A stretch of DNA of 64,000 nucleotides from Candidatus Latescibacterota bacterium (GCA_965217585.1 OZ244561.1:5440001-5504000); one strand, 5' to 3'. Counted from the stretch's first letter, positions 10,438 to 19,493 are shown. Notes: a model not told the origin generated them from the letters alone. Program-made: numbers and translations.

Positions 10438-10658
10438 GCGTCAGGGTATATGTTGAGGGCGGTGGAGACTCTAATCAATTAAAAAGACAATGTCGCGATG
10501 GCTTCAGGGAGTTTTTTAGCAAGGCCGGGCTTGAGGGCCGCATGCCGCGCGTCGTCGCTTGCGGTTCTCGGCAAAGAGCTTATGACCGATTTTGTACCGC
10601 CATTAATGAAGCCTCTCCTCATGCGCGACGGCTCATTGACATGCTGCGACAGTCTTAA
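10434..10658 (+). pseudogene. DUF4276-like protein with large internal deletion
   Basis: The N-terminus (VYVEGGGD...ACGSR..AYDRFC) is joined directly to the family's C-terminal ASPHARRL. Only ~74 aa against the ~200 aa expected. Confidence 0.65.
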
Positions 10659-10733
10659 AGTTTCTCGTGCCGTCCTCTGCCGACAGGTTTCGATGCTGCG
10701 ATTCGCACTCGGATAGGTAGTGGTTCGTCGCGC

Positions 10734-11204
10734 TTACCGAACCTTCCCCAAACCTATCACAGCACCATCCAGCCAATCGACAAAAGCCGCTGGCGACTCG
10801 ACCACCACGCGGCCGTTGAGCGACTCGTGTTCAAATCCGCACATTTGGTCGCCGACAAAGGCGAATGCGCCGGAGGTCTGTGGAGTAAAGGCCAGCGAAA
10901 AGGTCAAATCGGGCACGGCCACCTGGTGTATGTCGAGATGGGGCAGGGCGAAGGTGTAGATGTAATCTCGACTCGTCAGTTCGAATTCAACCGCTATGCC
11001 AAGCGGAAGGTGTAACTCCTTCCCCGGCTTGATGATATCGTCGTCGGTCTGCAACTCGCCGTCGGGGCCTGGGTAGCGGAATTGCCAGATGTACTCTTCT
11101 CCGGTGATTTGGATGCGCAGTGGTCCTGGGGGCAGGGCGGGCGTGCAACCGGCCGCCCCCAACAGGACCAGTCCCCAGAGCAAGAACCGGATATAGCTGC
11201 TCAT
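10734..11204 (-). CDS. Cytochrome c oxidase subunit II-like cupredoxin lipoprotein with degenerate CuA site
   Basis: Lipobox-like LLGAAGC, W.FRYPGPDG, ELHLP, LTSRD, QMCGFEH. Confidence 0.75.
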   Translation of the reverse strand: MSSYIRFLLWGLVLLGAAGCTPALPPGPLRIQITGEEYIWQFRYPGPDGELQTDDDIIKPGKELHLPLGIAVEFELTSRDYIYTFALPHLDIHQVAVPDLTFSLAFTPQTSGAFAFVGDQMCGFEHESLNGRVVVESPAAFVDWLDGAVIGLGKVR

Positions 11205-11385
11205 GGCTTATTCCTCTCTCGAACAGCCGTTTTAGTCCACGTCTTAAGACGAAGTACTTTCGATCAAGCGCAAATAAACCGCCTCATTCCGCTCCGTCAA
11301 GCTGCTTTACACGCGCTCTTTATCTTCCTAAAATCACCCGCGCAGAAGCGGCAACCCCGCCGCAACTACTCAGGAGCACTACCGC

Positions 11386-13323
11386 ATGAAAAGCCTAACC
11401 GCCAATATCCCGCTCAACGCGCCGGCCCACTGGGCCGTGTGGCAGCGTCGTCTCTTCGACGCCTTGGACCAATCGGTGCAGCCCTTCCTCGATCACTTCA
11501 CCCGCGAGGACGGCGAATTTATCTGGCAGGACGAATGGGGCGGCGGCAGCCCCGACGATTTCTACGAGCCATTTTTCAACTGGCCGCTCGTTTATCTGAT
11601 GGGCGGCGGCGAGCACCTGTTGCACTTGGCCGACCGCCAGTGGGAGGCCATCACTTGCCAACTGACCCGCTTAGGCACGGTCAGCAAGGAATACGGCATC
11701 CGCGAAGACCAGATGCACCAAGCCGAAAGCGACATCTGCTTTTACCATTTGTGCTTGGCCCACCCCAACGCCCCCCGGCGCGTCGAACGGGCCTGCCGCT
11801 TTGCCGGCTTTTACCTCAACGAAGACCCTGAAGCGCAAAACTACGACCCCGAGCACAAAATCCTGCGCTCGGGTCTCAACGGCAGCCACGGCCCCTATTT
11901 TGCCCCGCTGGCCGAGCGCGACCACCAAAGCTACAACCCCTTGGGCGGCAGCATGGAAGTGTACAACCTACCCTTTTTCGACCTGCCTAGCATCACCTGC
12001 GTGCAGGACTTGGCCGACCCGGCCAAAGCCCGCTTGATGGGGCAGACCCTGTTCGACCGCTGGCGTCAGGGCGACACCCCGACCAACTTGGCCGTCACCT
12101 CGCTGGCTACCAACGCCTTCCTAATCACCGGCGACGAAAAATACCGCGCTTGGGTAGTAGAATACACCGACGCTTGGGTGGAGCGAGCACAGGCCAACGG
12201 CGGCATGTTGCCGGACAACGTCGGCCTGTCGGGCCAAGTGGGCGAATACTGCGCTGGCAACTGGTACGGCGGGCGCTACGGCTGGACCTTTCCACATGGC
12301 TTTTTGACCTTGCAGAAAGCCACTCTCGACGCGGCGGCCAACGCCTACCTGTTGACCCGCGACCGCGCCTATCTCGACCTGCCGCGCCAGCAGATGGACC
12401 GCATCTTGGAACAAGGGCGCATGGAGGATATTCGCGACCAGTACATGAGCGTGGCCGAGCGCTGGGCAAGCCAATTTGCCGCTATGGGTGAAAAGCGCGA
12501 AACCTTGCTGGTGCCCTACCGCTACGGCGACGCTGGCTGGTTCGACTGGCAGCCCATGAGTCCGGTGTATCCGGTGACGCTGTGGAATTTGTCTATGGAC
12601 GAGGGCGACTGGGAGCGCATGGAGGCCATTCGGCAAAAAGAAGCATTCGACTGGGCCGCGGTGTTCCCCTTCCACAACAAAGAGGACTCGGGCCACGAGG
12701 CTCCTTGGGTGCGCTTTCTGGCCGGAGCCAACCCGACCTATCCAGAGCAAATGTTGCAGGCCACGTACCAAGTGGCCGGCCGTCGCTTGGCCCAAATGCG
12801 TGCCGACCAAGACGTGGGTACCCGCCACCACGTACACCACTGGCAATGGGGCAATCCGGTCTCCTCTGAAGCACTCATCCAGCTAACTATGGGCGGCCCA
12901 CAGCCTATCTACAACGGCGGCCTGCTGCACGCCCGCCTGCGCTACTTTGACGCCCAGCGCCGCCGTCCCGGCCTACCCGCAGACGTCGGGGCCTTGGTGG
13001 AAAAGCTCGCCGCGGACCGCACGGTCGTGCGCTTGGTCAATTTGAATCACAACGAGGGCCGGGAACTGGTCATTCAGGGCGGGGCCTTTGGCGAGCACCG
13101 CTTTGGCCGGGCTACCTATCAAAGCCGCACCAGCGAGTATCCGGGCTGGATGGGTGGCTACGCCGGCACGTACGCGGCCCCGCCCTTGGAGACCGCAGAG
13201 CGCCAAATAGCCGTTGACGGCAAACACTTGAGCATCACCTTACCGCCCCATTGCGAAATCACCCTCGACCTAGAGACTCAGCGCTACGTCAACGAGCCTT
13301 CACACCACGCCGGGCCGTTTTAG
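11386..13323 (+). CDS. Conserved hypothetical 645-aa protein (possible alpha/alpha-barrel enzyme)
   Basis: Long ORF with core-like codon usage and SD AGGAG. Aromatic-rich motifs DDFYE and WYGG.YGW. No family recognised with certainty. Confidence 0.75.
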   Translation: MKSLTANIPLNAPAHWAVWQRRLFDALDQSVQPFLDHFTREDGEFIWQDEWGGGSPDDFYEPFFNWPLVYLMGGGEHLLHLADRQWEAITCQLTRLGTVSKEYGIREDQMHQAESDICFYHLCLAHPNAPRRVERACRFAGFYLNEDPEAQNYDPEHKILRSGLNGSHGPYFAPLAERDHQSYNPLGGSMEVYNLPFFDLPSITCVQDLADPAKARLMGQTLFDRWRQGDTPTNLAVTSLATNAFLITGDEKYRAWVVEYTDAWVERAQANGGMLPDNVGLSGQVGEYCAGNWYGGRYGWTFPHGFLTLQKATLDAAANAYLLTRDRAYLDLPRQQMDRILEQGRMEDIRDQYMSVAERWASQFAAMGEKRETLLVPYRYGDAGWFDWQPMSPVYPVTLWNLSMDEGDWERMEAIRQKEAFDWAAVFPFHNKEDSGHEAPWVRFLAGANPTYPEQMLQATYQVAGRRLAQMRADQDVGTRHHVHHWQWGNPVSSEALIQLTMGGPQPIYNGGLLHARLRYFDAQRRRPGLPADVGALVEKLAADRTVVRLVNLNHNEGRELVIQGGAFGEHRFGRATYQSRTSEYPGWMGGYAGTYAAPPLETAERQIAVDGKHLSITLPPHCEITLDLETQRYVNEPSHHAGPF

Positions 13324-13328
13324 GCCAT

Positions 13329-13480
13329 TTGACAGGCTATTGCCGCTTTAGTTTATTCCGGCTAAGTGCTCAAAGGGAGCCCTCAAGTCCGCGGTAAGGG
13401 TCAAACCCACCTTCTCAGCAAATAACAGCCTTCTTTCAGCCTGCTACGCGGACGTCAGGCATTAACGAGAGAGGGTTGGC
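13329..13480 (+). promoter_or_regulatory. Putative sigma70 promoter and structured 5' leader
   Basis: TTGACA at 13329. Nested stems AGCCCTC/GAGGGTT, GTCCGCG/CGCGGAC and GGT-AA-GGG..CCC-ACC. Confidence 0.5.
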
Positions 13481-14191
13481 ATGTCTAGAGCACTTCCCCG
13501 TAAGCCCCATATAGATTCTCTCAAAAAGCAGGCCCGGCAGCTACTCCAGGCGCACCGCGAGGCCCGTCCGGAAAGCCTCCGCAGTATTCGGACCTATATG
13601 CCCCACTTGGGCTCATTGTCCGACGAGGCCATCCTGCAAAGGCCATTTACCTTGCAACAGGCCCAATGCGTCCTCAGCCGCGAGTATGGGTTTGGCAATT
13701 GGTCCGAATTGGTCCGAGCCGTCGAGATTATCCGCCAAGCCGAGTCGGCCATGCTGAACCAAGTCGATGCCGCTCTGCGCAAAGGTCAAGCTATCCATGT
13801 ATTGATCCCCGAGCGCATGGCGGCGGACATCGCTAAAAGGCTGATCGCCCATTGCGGCCAAGATCGGGTACTCTTGGTGCCTCGCATAAGCCAAGAGCCG
13901 ATCAATGTATGGATTGACCGGGTCGCGGAGGCGGCAGTCGTAGTTAGTCATCCTGGAGAGTTGGGCTTTCTCCACATGCGTGAACGCTTGCAAAAACCCG
14001 AAGGGCCATTGGATTTCGAGCGGCTTTTATCTGGAGCTCACGCCTTCGTGAACGTGCCGTTCAGAGATGAAAAGACGCCTTCGATTATCTCCGGCCTGGA
14101 TGAAGAGACAGGGGTTGTCCGCGAGCTGATTTCCATGTATCTGACGGAGTTCTATGGATTATACGGTTCGATAACAGATCATCGCTACTGA
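13481..14191 (+). CDS. Protein with LPxxPxxxxLKKQA N-terminal helical domain and a SecA-like subdomain
   Basis: MSRALPRKPHIDSLKKQARQLL...AQCVLSREYGF..W N-terminus. The C-terminal part resembles SecA NBD1 motifs. Confidence 0.7.
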   Translation: MSRALPRKPHIDSLKKQARQLLQAHREARPESLRSIRTYMPHLGSLSDEAILQRPFTLQQAQCVLSREYGFGNWSELVRAVEIIRQAESAMLNQVDAALRKGQAIHVLIPERMAADIAKRLIAHCGQDRVLLVPRISQEPINVWIDRVAEAAVVVSHPGELGFLHMRERLQKPEGPLDFERLLSGAHAFVNVPFRDEKTPSIISGLDEETGVVRELISMYLTEFYGLYGSITDHRY

Positions 14192-14231
14192 CCTCTGGCA
14201 GTCAGATAAATTGTAGGGGCAACCCTTGTCC

Positions 14232-14852
14232 CTACAAAGCGTCTAGGACAGCCGCGACCTGTTCTTCGGTGGGCGTGCTGCCGTCGAGGATCAGGTCTGC
14301 GTAGCGGGCGGTGGGCTGGACGTGGCGGCGGTACATTGGGCGGACCTGCTCTTGGTACTGGGCGCGGATTGAGGCGGGGGAACGGCCGCGCTCGACGCGG
14401 TCGCGGGCGAGGCGGCGCGCCAAGCAGAGCGCGTCGGCGGCGGCGACGAAGAGGCGCAGGTGGTAGAGGGCGTTGATGTCGGGCCAGTAGAGGGCAAAGA
14501 GGCCCTCGACGAGCAGGAAGTCGGTGGGGGTGAGGTGGCGTTGGGTCGCTTGGCGCGTGTGGGTGGCAAAGTCGTACACGGGAATTTCGACGCGGTGGCC
14601 GGCGGCGAGTTGGCGAAGATCCGCGGCGAGGCGCTGGTGATCCATGGCCTCGGGTGCGTCGAAGTTTACTCGGGCCCTTTCAACTGGGGAGAGATCGGCC
14701 AAGTCGCGGTAGTACGCGTCTAGGGAGAGGACGGTCGCGGAGCTGGGTAGGCGGGTCTGGAGGGCGCGGGCGAGCGTGGTCTTGCCGGCGCCGGATGGCC
14801 CGGCCAAGCCGATGAGGCGGGGCGGCCCTTTAGCTTTGGAATGGGGCTGCAT
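14232..14852 (-). CDS. udk: Uridine kinase
   Basis: GPSGAGKTT, DAYY, NFDAP, PVYDF..HTR, VEG, RRLARD..ERGR. Confidence 0.9.
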   Translation of the reverse strand: MQPHSKAKGPPRLIGLAGPSGAGKTTLARALQTRLPSSATVLSLDAYYRDLADLSPVERARVNFDAPEAMDHQRLAADLRQLAAGHRVEIPVYDFATHTRQATQRHLTPTDFLLVEGLFALYWPDINALYHLRLFVAAADALCLARRLARDRVERGRSPASIRAQYQEQVRPMYRRHVQPTARYADLILDGSTPTEEQVAAVLDAL

Positions 14853-14986
14853 TCTTGACTCGTAAGATACCGTCTATAAGTTCAAAAAGAGAGGGTTGTG
14901 GGAACGGTCCGATGCGTGTAATTCCTCCACCGACGCGATTCCCACTCCCATTGGTGTTCAAAAAATTATGAAGAAAGGAAGAGCCA

Positions 14987-15925
14987 ATGAACCAAATCGG
15001 GCCTTTCCCGATCAATAAGACCCACGAAGGCGATTGTTTAGAACTGATTCCGCAACTTCCAGACGAGTCCGTGAATATAGTTGTGACAAGTCCGCCCTAT
15101 TGGGGGCAAAGGCACTCAGAAGGGATCGGTATCGAAAAAGACCCGAGGGATTATCTACGGTTTCTCACGAAAGCCTTTGTAGAGATTTTACCGAAGTTGA
15201 GGCCGGAAGGGATTCTTTGGATTAATATGGGAGACGCTTACAACACCCCTGTGAACTGGAATCAAAAAGCGTGGAAGTTCAGCACCCTAGGTGAGAAAAA
15301 ACAAGGTTTTTCGGAGGACAATTCAGCATACACCAAACCACGGGCGCGACGAAAAGCGTTTATCGACAAGGATGAAACGTGGCTTCAGTATGGCAATCTT
15401 CTGGCGCTCCCATATCGTCTTATTATTTCTCTTTGCGACGCGGGCTACTTGTTCCGGGGAGAAGTGATCTGGCGAAAAAAAAATGCCATGCCAGAGGGCC
15501 GTTGCCGACGCCCGCATCGTCAACACGAATCGATTTACTTGCTGACAAAGAGCGAGCGGCATGGTTTTCGCGTAACGCCTCCGATTAAGAGCGTGTGGGA
15601 GTTCGCAAACGAGAAAATTGACGGGCTCAAGCATTTCTCACGCTTTCCAAAGGAATTGCCAATTCGCTGCATTAAGGCGTACGGAACCTGTGGAGAAGAC
15701 GTCGTGATCTTGGACCCGTTCTCTGGCTCGGGCACTACAGGAACCGCGGCGTTGACCCTTGGCTGTTCCTACATAGGATTTGAAGTTGACCCTGAGCAAG
15801 TTCGGGCCTCCAACAAACGCTTGGAGGAAAGCGAAGGGCCAAATTTGGAATTATTTCCGAAATCGGCGACTCTCCGAAACGACGAACCTAGTGAAAGCAT
15901 CGTCTGGGTCGATGAAGTCACATGA
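14987..15925 (+). CDS. Beta-class amino-methyltransferase (probably m4C)
   Basis: Motif IV TSPPY precedes motif I DPFSGSGTT. Confidence 0.9.
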   Translation: MNQIGPFPINKTHEGDCLELIPQLPDESVNIVVTSPPYWGQRHSEGIGIEKDPRDYLRFLTKAFVEILPKLRPEGILWINMGDAYNTPVNWNQKAWKFSTLGEKKQGFSEDNSAYTKPRARRKAFIDKDETWLQYGNLLALPYRLIISLCDAGYLFRGEVIWRKKNAMPEGRCRRPHRQHESIYLLTKSERHGFRVTPPIKSVWEFANEKIDGLKHFSRFPKELPIRCIKAYGTCGEDVVILDPFSGSGTTGTAALTLGCSYIGFEVDPEQVRASNKRLEESEGPNLELFPKSATLRNDEPSESIVWVDEVT

Positions 15926-17014
15926 ATAAATCCGTGCCTTTGCTAGGGGGGTATCGGGAGGAGTCGGATGAGTGTTCTTATTGTAGGAAAAGCACGCTGA
16001 GAAAAAGCCGTCATTTTCTATGTCTTTTCTCTTTGCGTTCCTTTGATCCTGATCTTCTGCGGTGAAGATTTTGCCCAATTCTCCGCGATTGATGGGCTCA
16101 GGACCAGGGAAACTCTTGCAGTCCATCGTCCATAGTGGGGAAATGTAGCTAGCATCAACAAGTGCTTGACTCATAGGAACATCGTCTGTCCGGCGTTCCG
16201 CAAAACTCGCCTTGACGTGAACGACCCCAATCATCCGTTCGTTTGCGCCCTCGCCGACCGTTAGCATAATATCCACTTTGTCTGCTTCAAGGCGGTGACC
16301 AACGTTGATACCGTGAAGAATCCTCTCCTTACGCTCGGAATCTTTACGTACCATGTTGATCCCTTGCTTCGCCAGGGTAGCACCGTAATGTTTTTCGAGA
16401 ACCAACTCCAAGGCCCAACCAGCAGTTCGTTTCCAGCTTTGCGCAAAGTCTAAGCGAGCATACTGGGCAGGATGGTTGTATGGGTCACAGTAGGCGCGAT
16501 ATACGAGAAACCACCAGAGATCGGAGGGGTTAGCTTGGGGCCAGAGTTCAACGGCTTTCATGAATGCATTGGCCACACTTTCCATCTTAATCGTCTCGAC
16601 TCGCTGGTCTTCAATCCCAGAGTTAGCAAGCTGAGCGAGCCCATTTCGCAACGTTAGAACTATTTCTGTGAACTGCTCCACGGTAACACCTTCAAGGCGG
16701 TACGTAGCGTCGTATTCACCATAGGGAAAGTGAAGAATGAGATCATTGTCGACTTCTTCTGGGGTAATTGAGCGTTTTATGGACGGAGCGTTCCCTTCTA
16801 TGCCTTCTGCAAGGTCGCGCAGGGTTTTGCCATAGAGTGAGAGCAGAGACATAACCACATCAAGACCGGGGAGGGCCGCGCCGCTCTCGAGCGCATGGAT
16901 CCAGCCTGGCCCCAAAACAAGGTTACTTTCGACCTGCTCAGACTCAAGTTGGGCTTCCTGACGAAATGTATGCAGTCGCCGAAAAAGCTGTGAGAGGTAA
17001 TCGCTACGGGTCAT
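15851..17014 (-). CDS. Type II restriction endonuclease with fused N-terminal XRE HTH
   Basis: HTH-like N-terminus (FRQEAQL...HALESG..LPGLDVV), SWKR..G..LE, KVD and VKASFAERR catalytic-type motifs. Convergent with the MTase. Confidence 0.7.
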   Translation of the reverse strand: MTRSDYLSQLFRRLHTFRQEAQLESEQVESNLVLGPGWIHALESGAALPGLDVVMSLLSLYGKTLRDLAEGIEGNAPSIKRSITPEEVDNDLILHFPYGEYDATYRLEGVTVEQFTEIVLTLRNGLAQLANSGIEDQRVETIKMESVANAFMKAVELWPQANPSDLWWFLVYRAYCDPYNHPAQYARLDFAQSWKRTAGWALELVLEKHYGATLAKQGINMVRKDSERKERILHGINVGHRLEADKVDIMLTVGEGANERMIGVVHVKASFAERRTDDVPMSQALVDASYISPLWTMDCKSFPGPEPINRGELGKIFTAEDQDQRNAKRKDIENDGFFSACFSYNKNTHPTPPDTPLAKARIYSCDFIDPDDAFTRFVVSESRRFRK

Positions 17015-17016
17015 GT

Positions 17017-18711
17017 TTAGCTTTGGAACCAAGCGGCAATGGCTTCGCGGCCGAGTGCGTTGGGGATGTCGGCAGCGCGGAGCCAGCCCTTGCGGGCGAT
17101 GCCGATGCCGTAGCCGAGATGATCCAAGCCGGCGATGCTGTGGGCGTCGGTGTTGACGGCGATTTGGACGCCGTGGTCGCGCGCCTTTTTGACGTGCCGC
17201 CAGTCGAGGTCGAGCCGCGCCGGATGGGCGTTGATTTCGAGGGCCACCCCATAGCGGGCGGCGGCTTCGATGATCGAGTCGATATCGACGGCGTAGCCTT
17301 CGCGGTTGAGGAGCAAGCGCCCGGTTGGATGACCGACGATGGTGGCAGCCGGGTGCTCGATGGCGCGGACGATGCGGGCGGTCATGGCGTCGCGGCTCAG
17401 GTTGAACTGCGAATGGACCGAGACGACCACGAAGTCGAATTGCGCAAGCAGGTCGTCTTCGTAGTCCAGCGAGCCGTCGCCGAGGATATCCGACTCAATG
17501 CCCTTGAAGATGCGAAAGGGGGCCAATTCCTCGTTGAGCCGGTCGATTTCCTCCCACTGACGCTGGACTTCCGCAACGCGAAGCCCCCCGGCGTAGGCCG
17601 CAGTCTGGCTGTGATCGGCAATGCCCATGTACTCAAAGCCGCGTTCTTGCACGGCACGGGCCATGGCCTCTAGGCTGTCGGCCCCATCCGAATAGGTCGA
17701 ATGCATGTGGAGCATGCCGCGAATGTCGGCGGTCGTTACTAGCTCGGGCAGCGCGTCGTCGGCCGCGGCTTCGACTTCGCCCTGGTTCTCCCGTAACTCC
17801 GGCGGAATGTAGGCGAGTCCCAAGGCAGCAAATAAGTCCGCTTCATCCGCGCACTCGATGCGCTCATCGTCGCGCCAGAGCCCGCGTTCGTCGAGGACTA
17901 GCCCGCGCTCTGCGGCCCTAGCGCACAATGCGGCGCGGTGTTCCTCGCTGCCTGTGTAGTAGTGTAAAGCGGTGGGAAAGGCATCGTCTGGAACCACGTG
18001 CAAGTTGGCTTGCAGCCCGTTGGACAGCCGCCCCACGCTCGGGGCGAGGATTTCGGCGATATCCGGGTGGGCGACAAAGGCCGCAGTCGCAGCCTCAGCG
18101 TCGGTGGTGCTGAGTACGAAGTCGAGCTGTTGGACTGTCTCCCGCGCTCGGCGCAGCTCTCCGGCGACGGCGAGGCGCTGCGCGTGGGAGCCCAAGGCGG
18201 CGAGCAGACTTTGAGCGCTTTGGTGCGCGGTATCGGCGTGGCAGTGGCCCTCGTGGGCGCGGATGTACTCGACGCCTTTGAGGATGGTTGCTTGGGTCTT
18301 GGAACCAAACCCCTTGAGGGCGGCGAGTTGGCCGGCGCGGCAGGCTTGTTCGAGGGCATCGAGGGTCTCTATGCCGAGGGCCTTGCGGATGGCGTTGATC
18401 TTGCGCGGCCCCAACCCGGGGACCCGCAGCATGTCGAGCAGGCCCTCGGGCGTTGCGGCCCGCAGCTTTTCATAGGCTTGAGCCGTGCCGGTGTCGGCGA
18501 ACTCGGCGACCAGTTCGGCCACGCTGTCGCCGATGCCCTTGACCTCGGTCAGGGTCCCGGCGGCGAGGAGCTCGTCGAGGGGGGACGTTAGGGTTTCGAG
18601 GGCGCGCACGGCATTGGCATAGGCGCGGACCCGGAAGGGAGAGGCCCCGCTGAGTTCGAGGAGGGTGGCGTACTCTTCGACAAAATCCGCTGCGTTGCGG
18701 GCCGTTATCAT
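17017..18711 (-). CDS. polX: PolX/PHP family protein (polymerase site altered, PHP nuclease intact)
   Basis: FRVRAY, HhH motifs GIG and GLGP, YTGS, and PHP motifs HMHSTYSDG, DHS, GHP and NTDAH. Confidence 0.9.
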   Translation of the reverse strand: MITARNAADFVEEYATLLELSGASPFRVRAYANAVRALETLTSPLDELLAAGTLTEVKGIGDSVAELVAEFADTGTAQAYEKLRAATPEGLLDMLRVPGLGPRKINAIRKALGIETLDALEQACRAGQLAALKGFGSKTQATILKGVEYIRAHEGHCHADTAHQSAQSLLAALGSHAQRLAVAGELRRARETVQQLDFVLSTTDAEAATAAFVAHPDIAEILAPSVGRLSNGLQANLHVVPDDAFPTALHYYTGSEEHRAALCARAAERGLVLDERGLWRDDERIECADEADLFAALGLAYIPPELRENQGEVEAAADDALPELVTTADIRGMLHMHSTYSDGADSLEAMARAVQERGFEYMGIADHSQTAAYAGGLRVAEVQRQWEEIDRLNEELAPFRIFKGIESDILGDGSLDYEDDLLAQFDFVVVSVHSQFNLSRDAMTARIVRAIEHPAATIVGHPTGRLLLNREGYAVDIDSIIEAAARYGVALEINAHPARLDLDWRHVKKARDHGVQIAVNTDAHSIAGLDHLGYGIGIARKGWLRAADIPNALGREAIAAWFQS

Positions 18712-19493
18712 CCTTTTTGCTCCTGCATCAGGCAGAGAATATGCGCCACCAACGACGCGTTGCCCGCGGCGAGTCCACCCGGGATAAGGGGATCGGCTTG
18801 GTTATAGGTCCGCACTTGATGGTCGCATGTGTGCATGAGGCCGCCGGCCTCGCGCACCAGCAGGTCGCCAGCGCAAACATCCCACTCGTTTTTGTCTTGG
18901 ATACTAAAGTTGAGGTCGCAGCCCCCCGCAGCGACTAAGGCCAGCTTGTAGGCGACACTGCCGACGGGGCGGATTGCGCCGAGGTGCGAGTGAAAGGGGT
19001 CGATCCCGCCGCGTTTGGTCTCGCTGCGGCTGACGACGGCCGTGGCTTGGCTGAGGGATTGGACCTCGCTGCAAAACACGCGCTGGCCGTTGCGGAAGGT
19101 ACCGCTACCGGACACGGCGGCGAAGACTTTCTCCTGCACGGGGTTGTAGATGACCGCTAGGGTCGGCTCACCGCCTTCGACTAAGGCCACGGCGATCACG
19201 TATTCGGGGATGCCTTCGACAAACTCGCGGGTGCCGTCTATTGGATCGACGATCCACACGGCTTCCTTGTTTAGGCGTTGGCGGTCATCGACGGTCTCTT
19301 CGGAGAGCCAGCCGCAGTCTGGGCGCAGATCCCGCAGAGCTTCTTTGAGATAGGCGTCGGCCTGGAGATCCGCCTCAGTCAGCGGGTCGTTCCTGTCTTT
19401 GTATGCGACCTTCAGGGGTCCGCCGAAGTACTGCAAGGTCAGCGCCCCGGCCTCGCGGGTGGCTGCTATGGCTTGTTGGAGTTGGGTCTGCAT
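18708..19493 (-). CDS. cysQ: Inositol monophosphatase / CysQ family phosphatase
   Basis: TEAD, LSEE, WIVDPIDGT, SRS, EWD motifs. Confidence 0.8.
   Translation of the reverse strand: MQTQLQQAIAATREAGALTLQYFGGPLKVAYKDRNDPLTEADLQADAYLKEALRDLRPDCGWLSEETVDDRQRLNKEAVWIVDPIDGTREFVEGIPEYVIAVALVEGGEPTLAVIYNPVQEKVFAAVSGSGTFRNGQRVFCSEVQSLSQATAVVSRSETKRGGIDPFHSHLGAIRPVGSVAYKLALVAAGGCDLNFSIQDKNEWDVCAGDLLVREAGGLMHTCDHQVRTYNQADPLIPGGLAAGNASLVAHILCLMQEQKG

Larger units (their letters stand above)
14829..17028. mobile_element. R-M cassette bounded by 13-bp direct repeat TTTAGCTTTGGAA
   Basis: Repeat at 14829-14841 and 17016-17028. Interior GC is lower than the flanks. Confidence 0.65.

Noticed and set aside
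9205-10658. ATPase/DUF4276 pair as the missing mad3-mad4 of the island
   Set aside because: It lies 25 kb away, outside the island boundaries, and there is no evidence of linkage.
14212-14229. GTAG-type REP element (TGTAGGGGCAACCCTTGT)
   Set aside because: Only half of the palindrome is present and no clear second copy occurs in the window.
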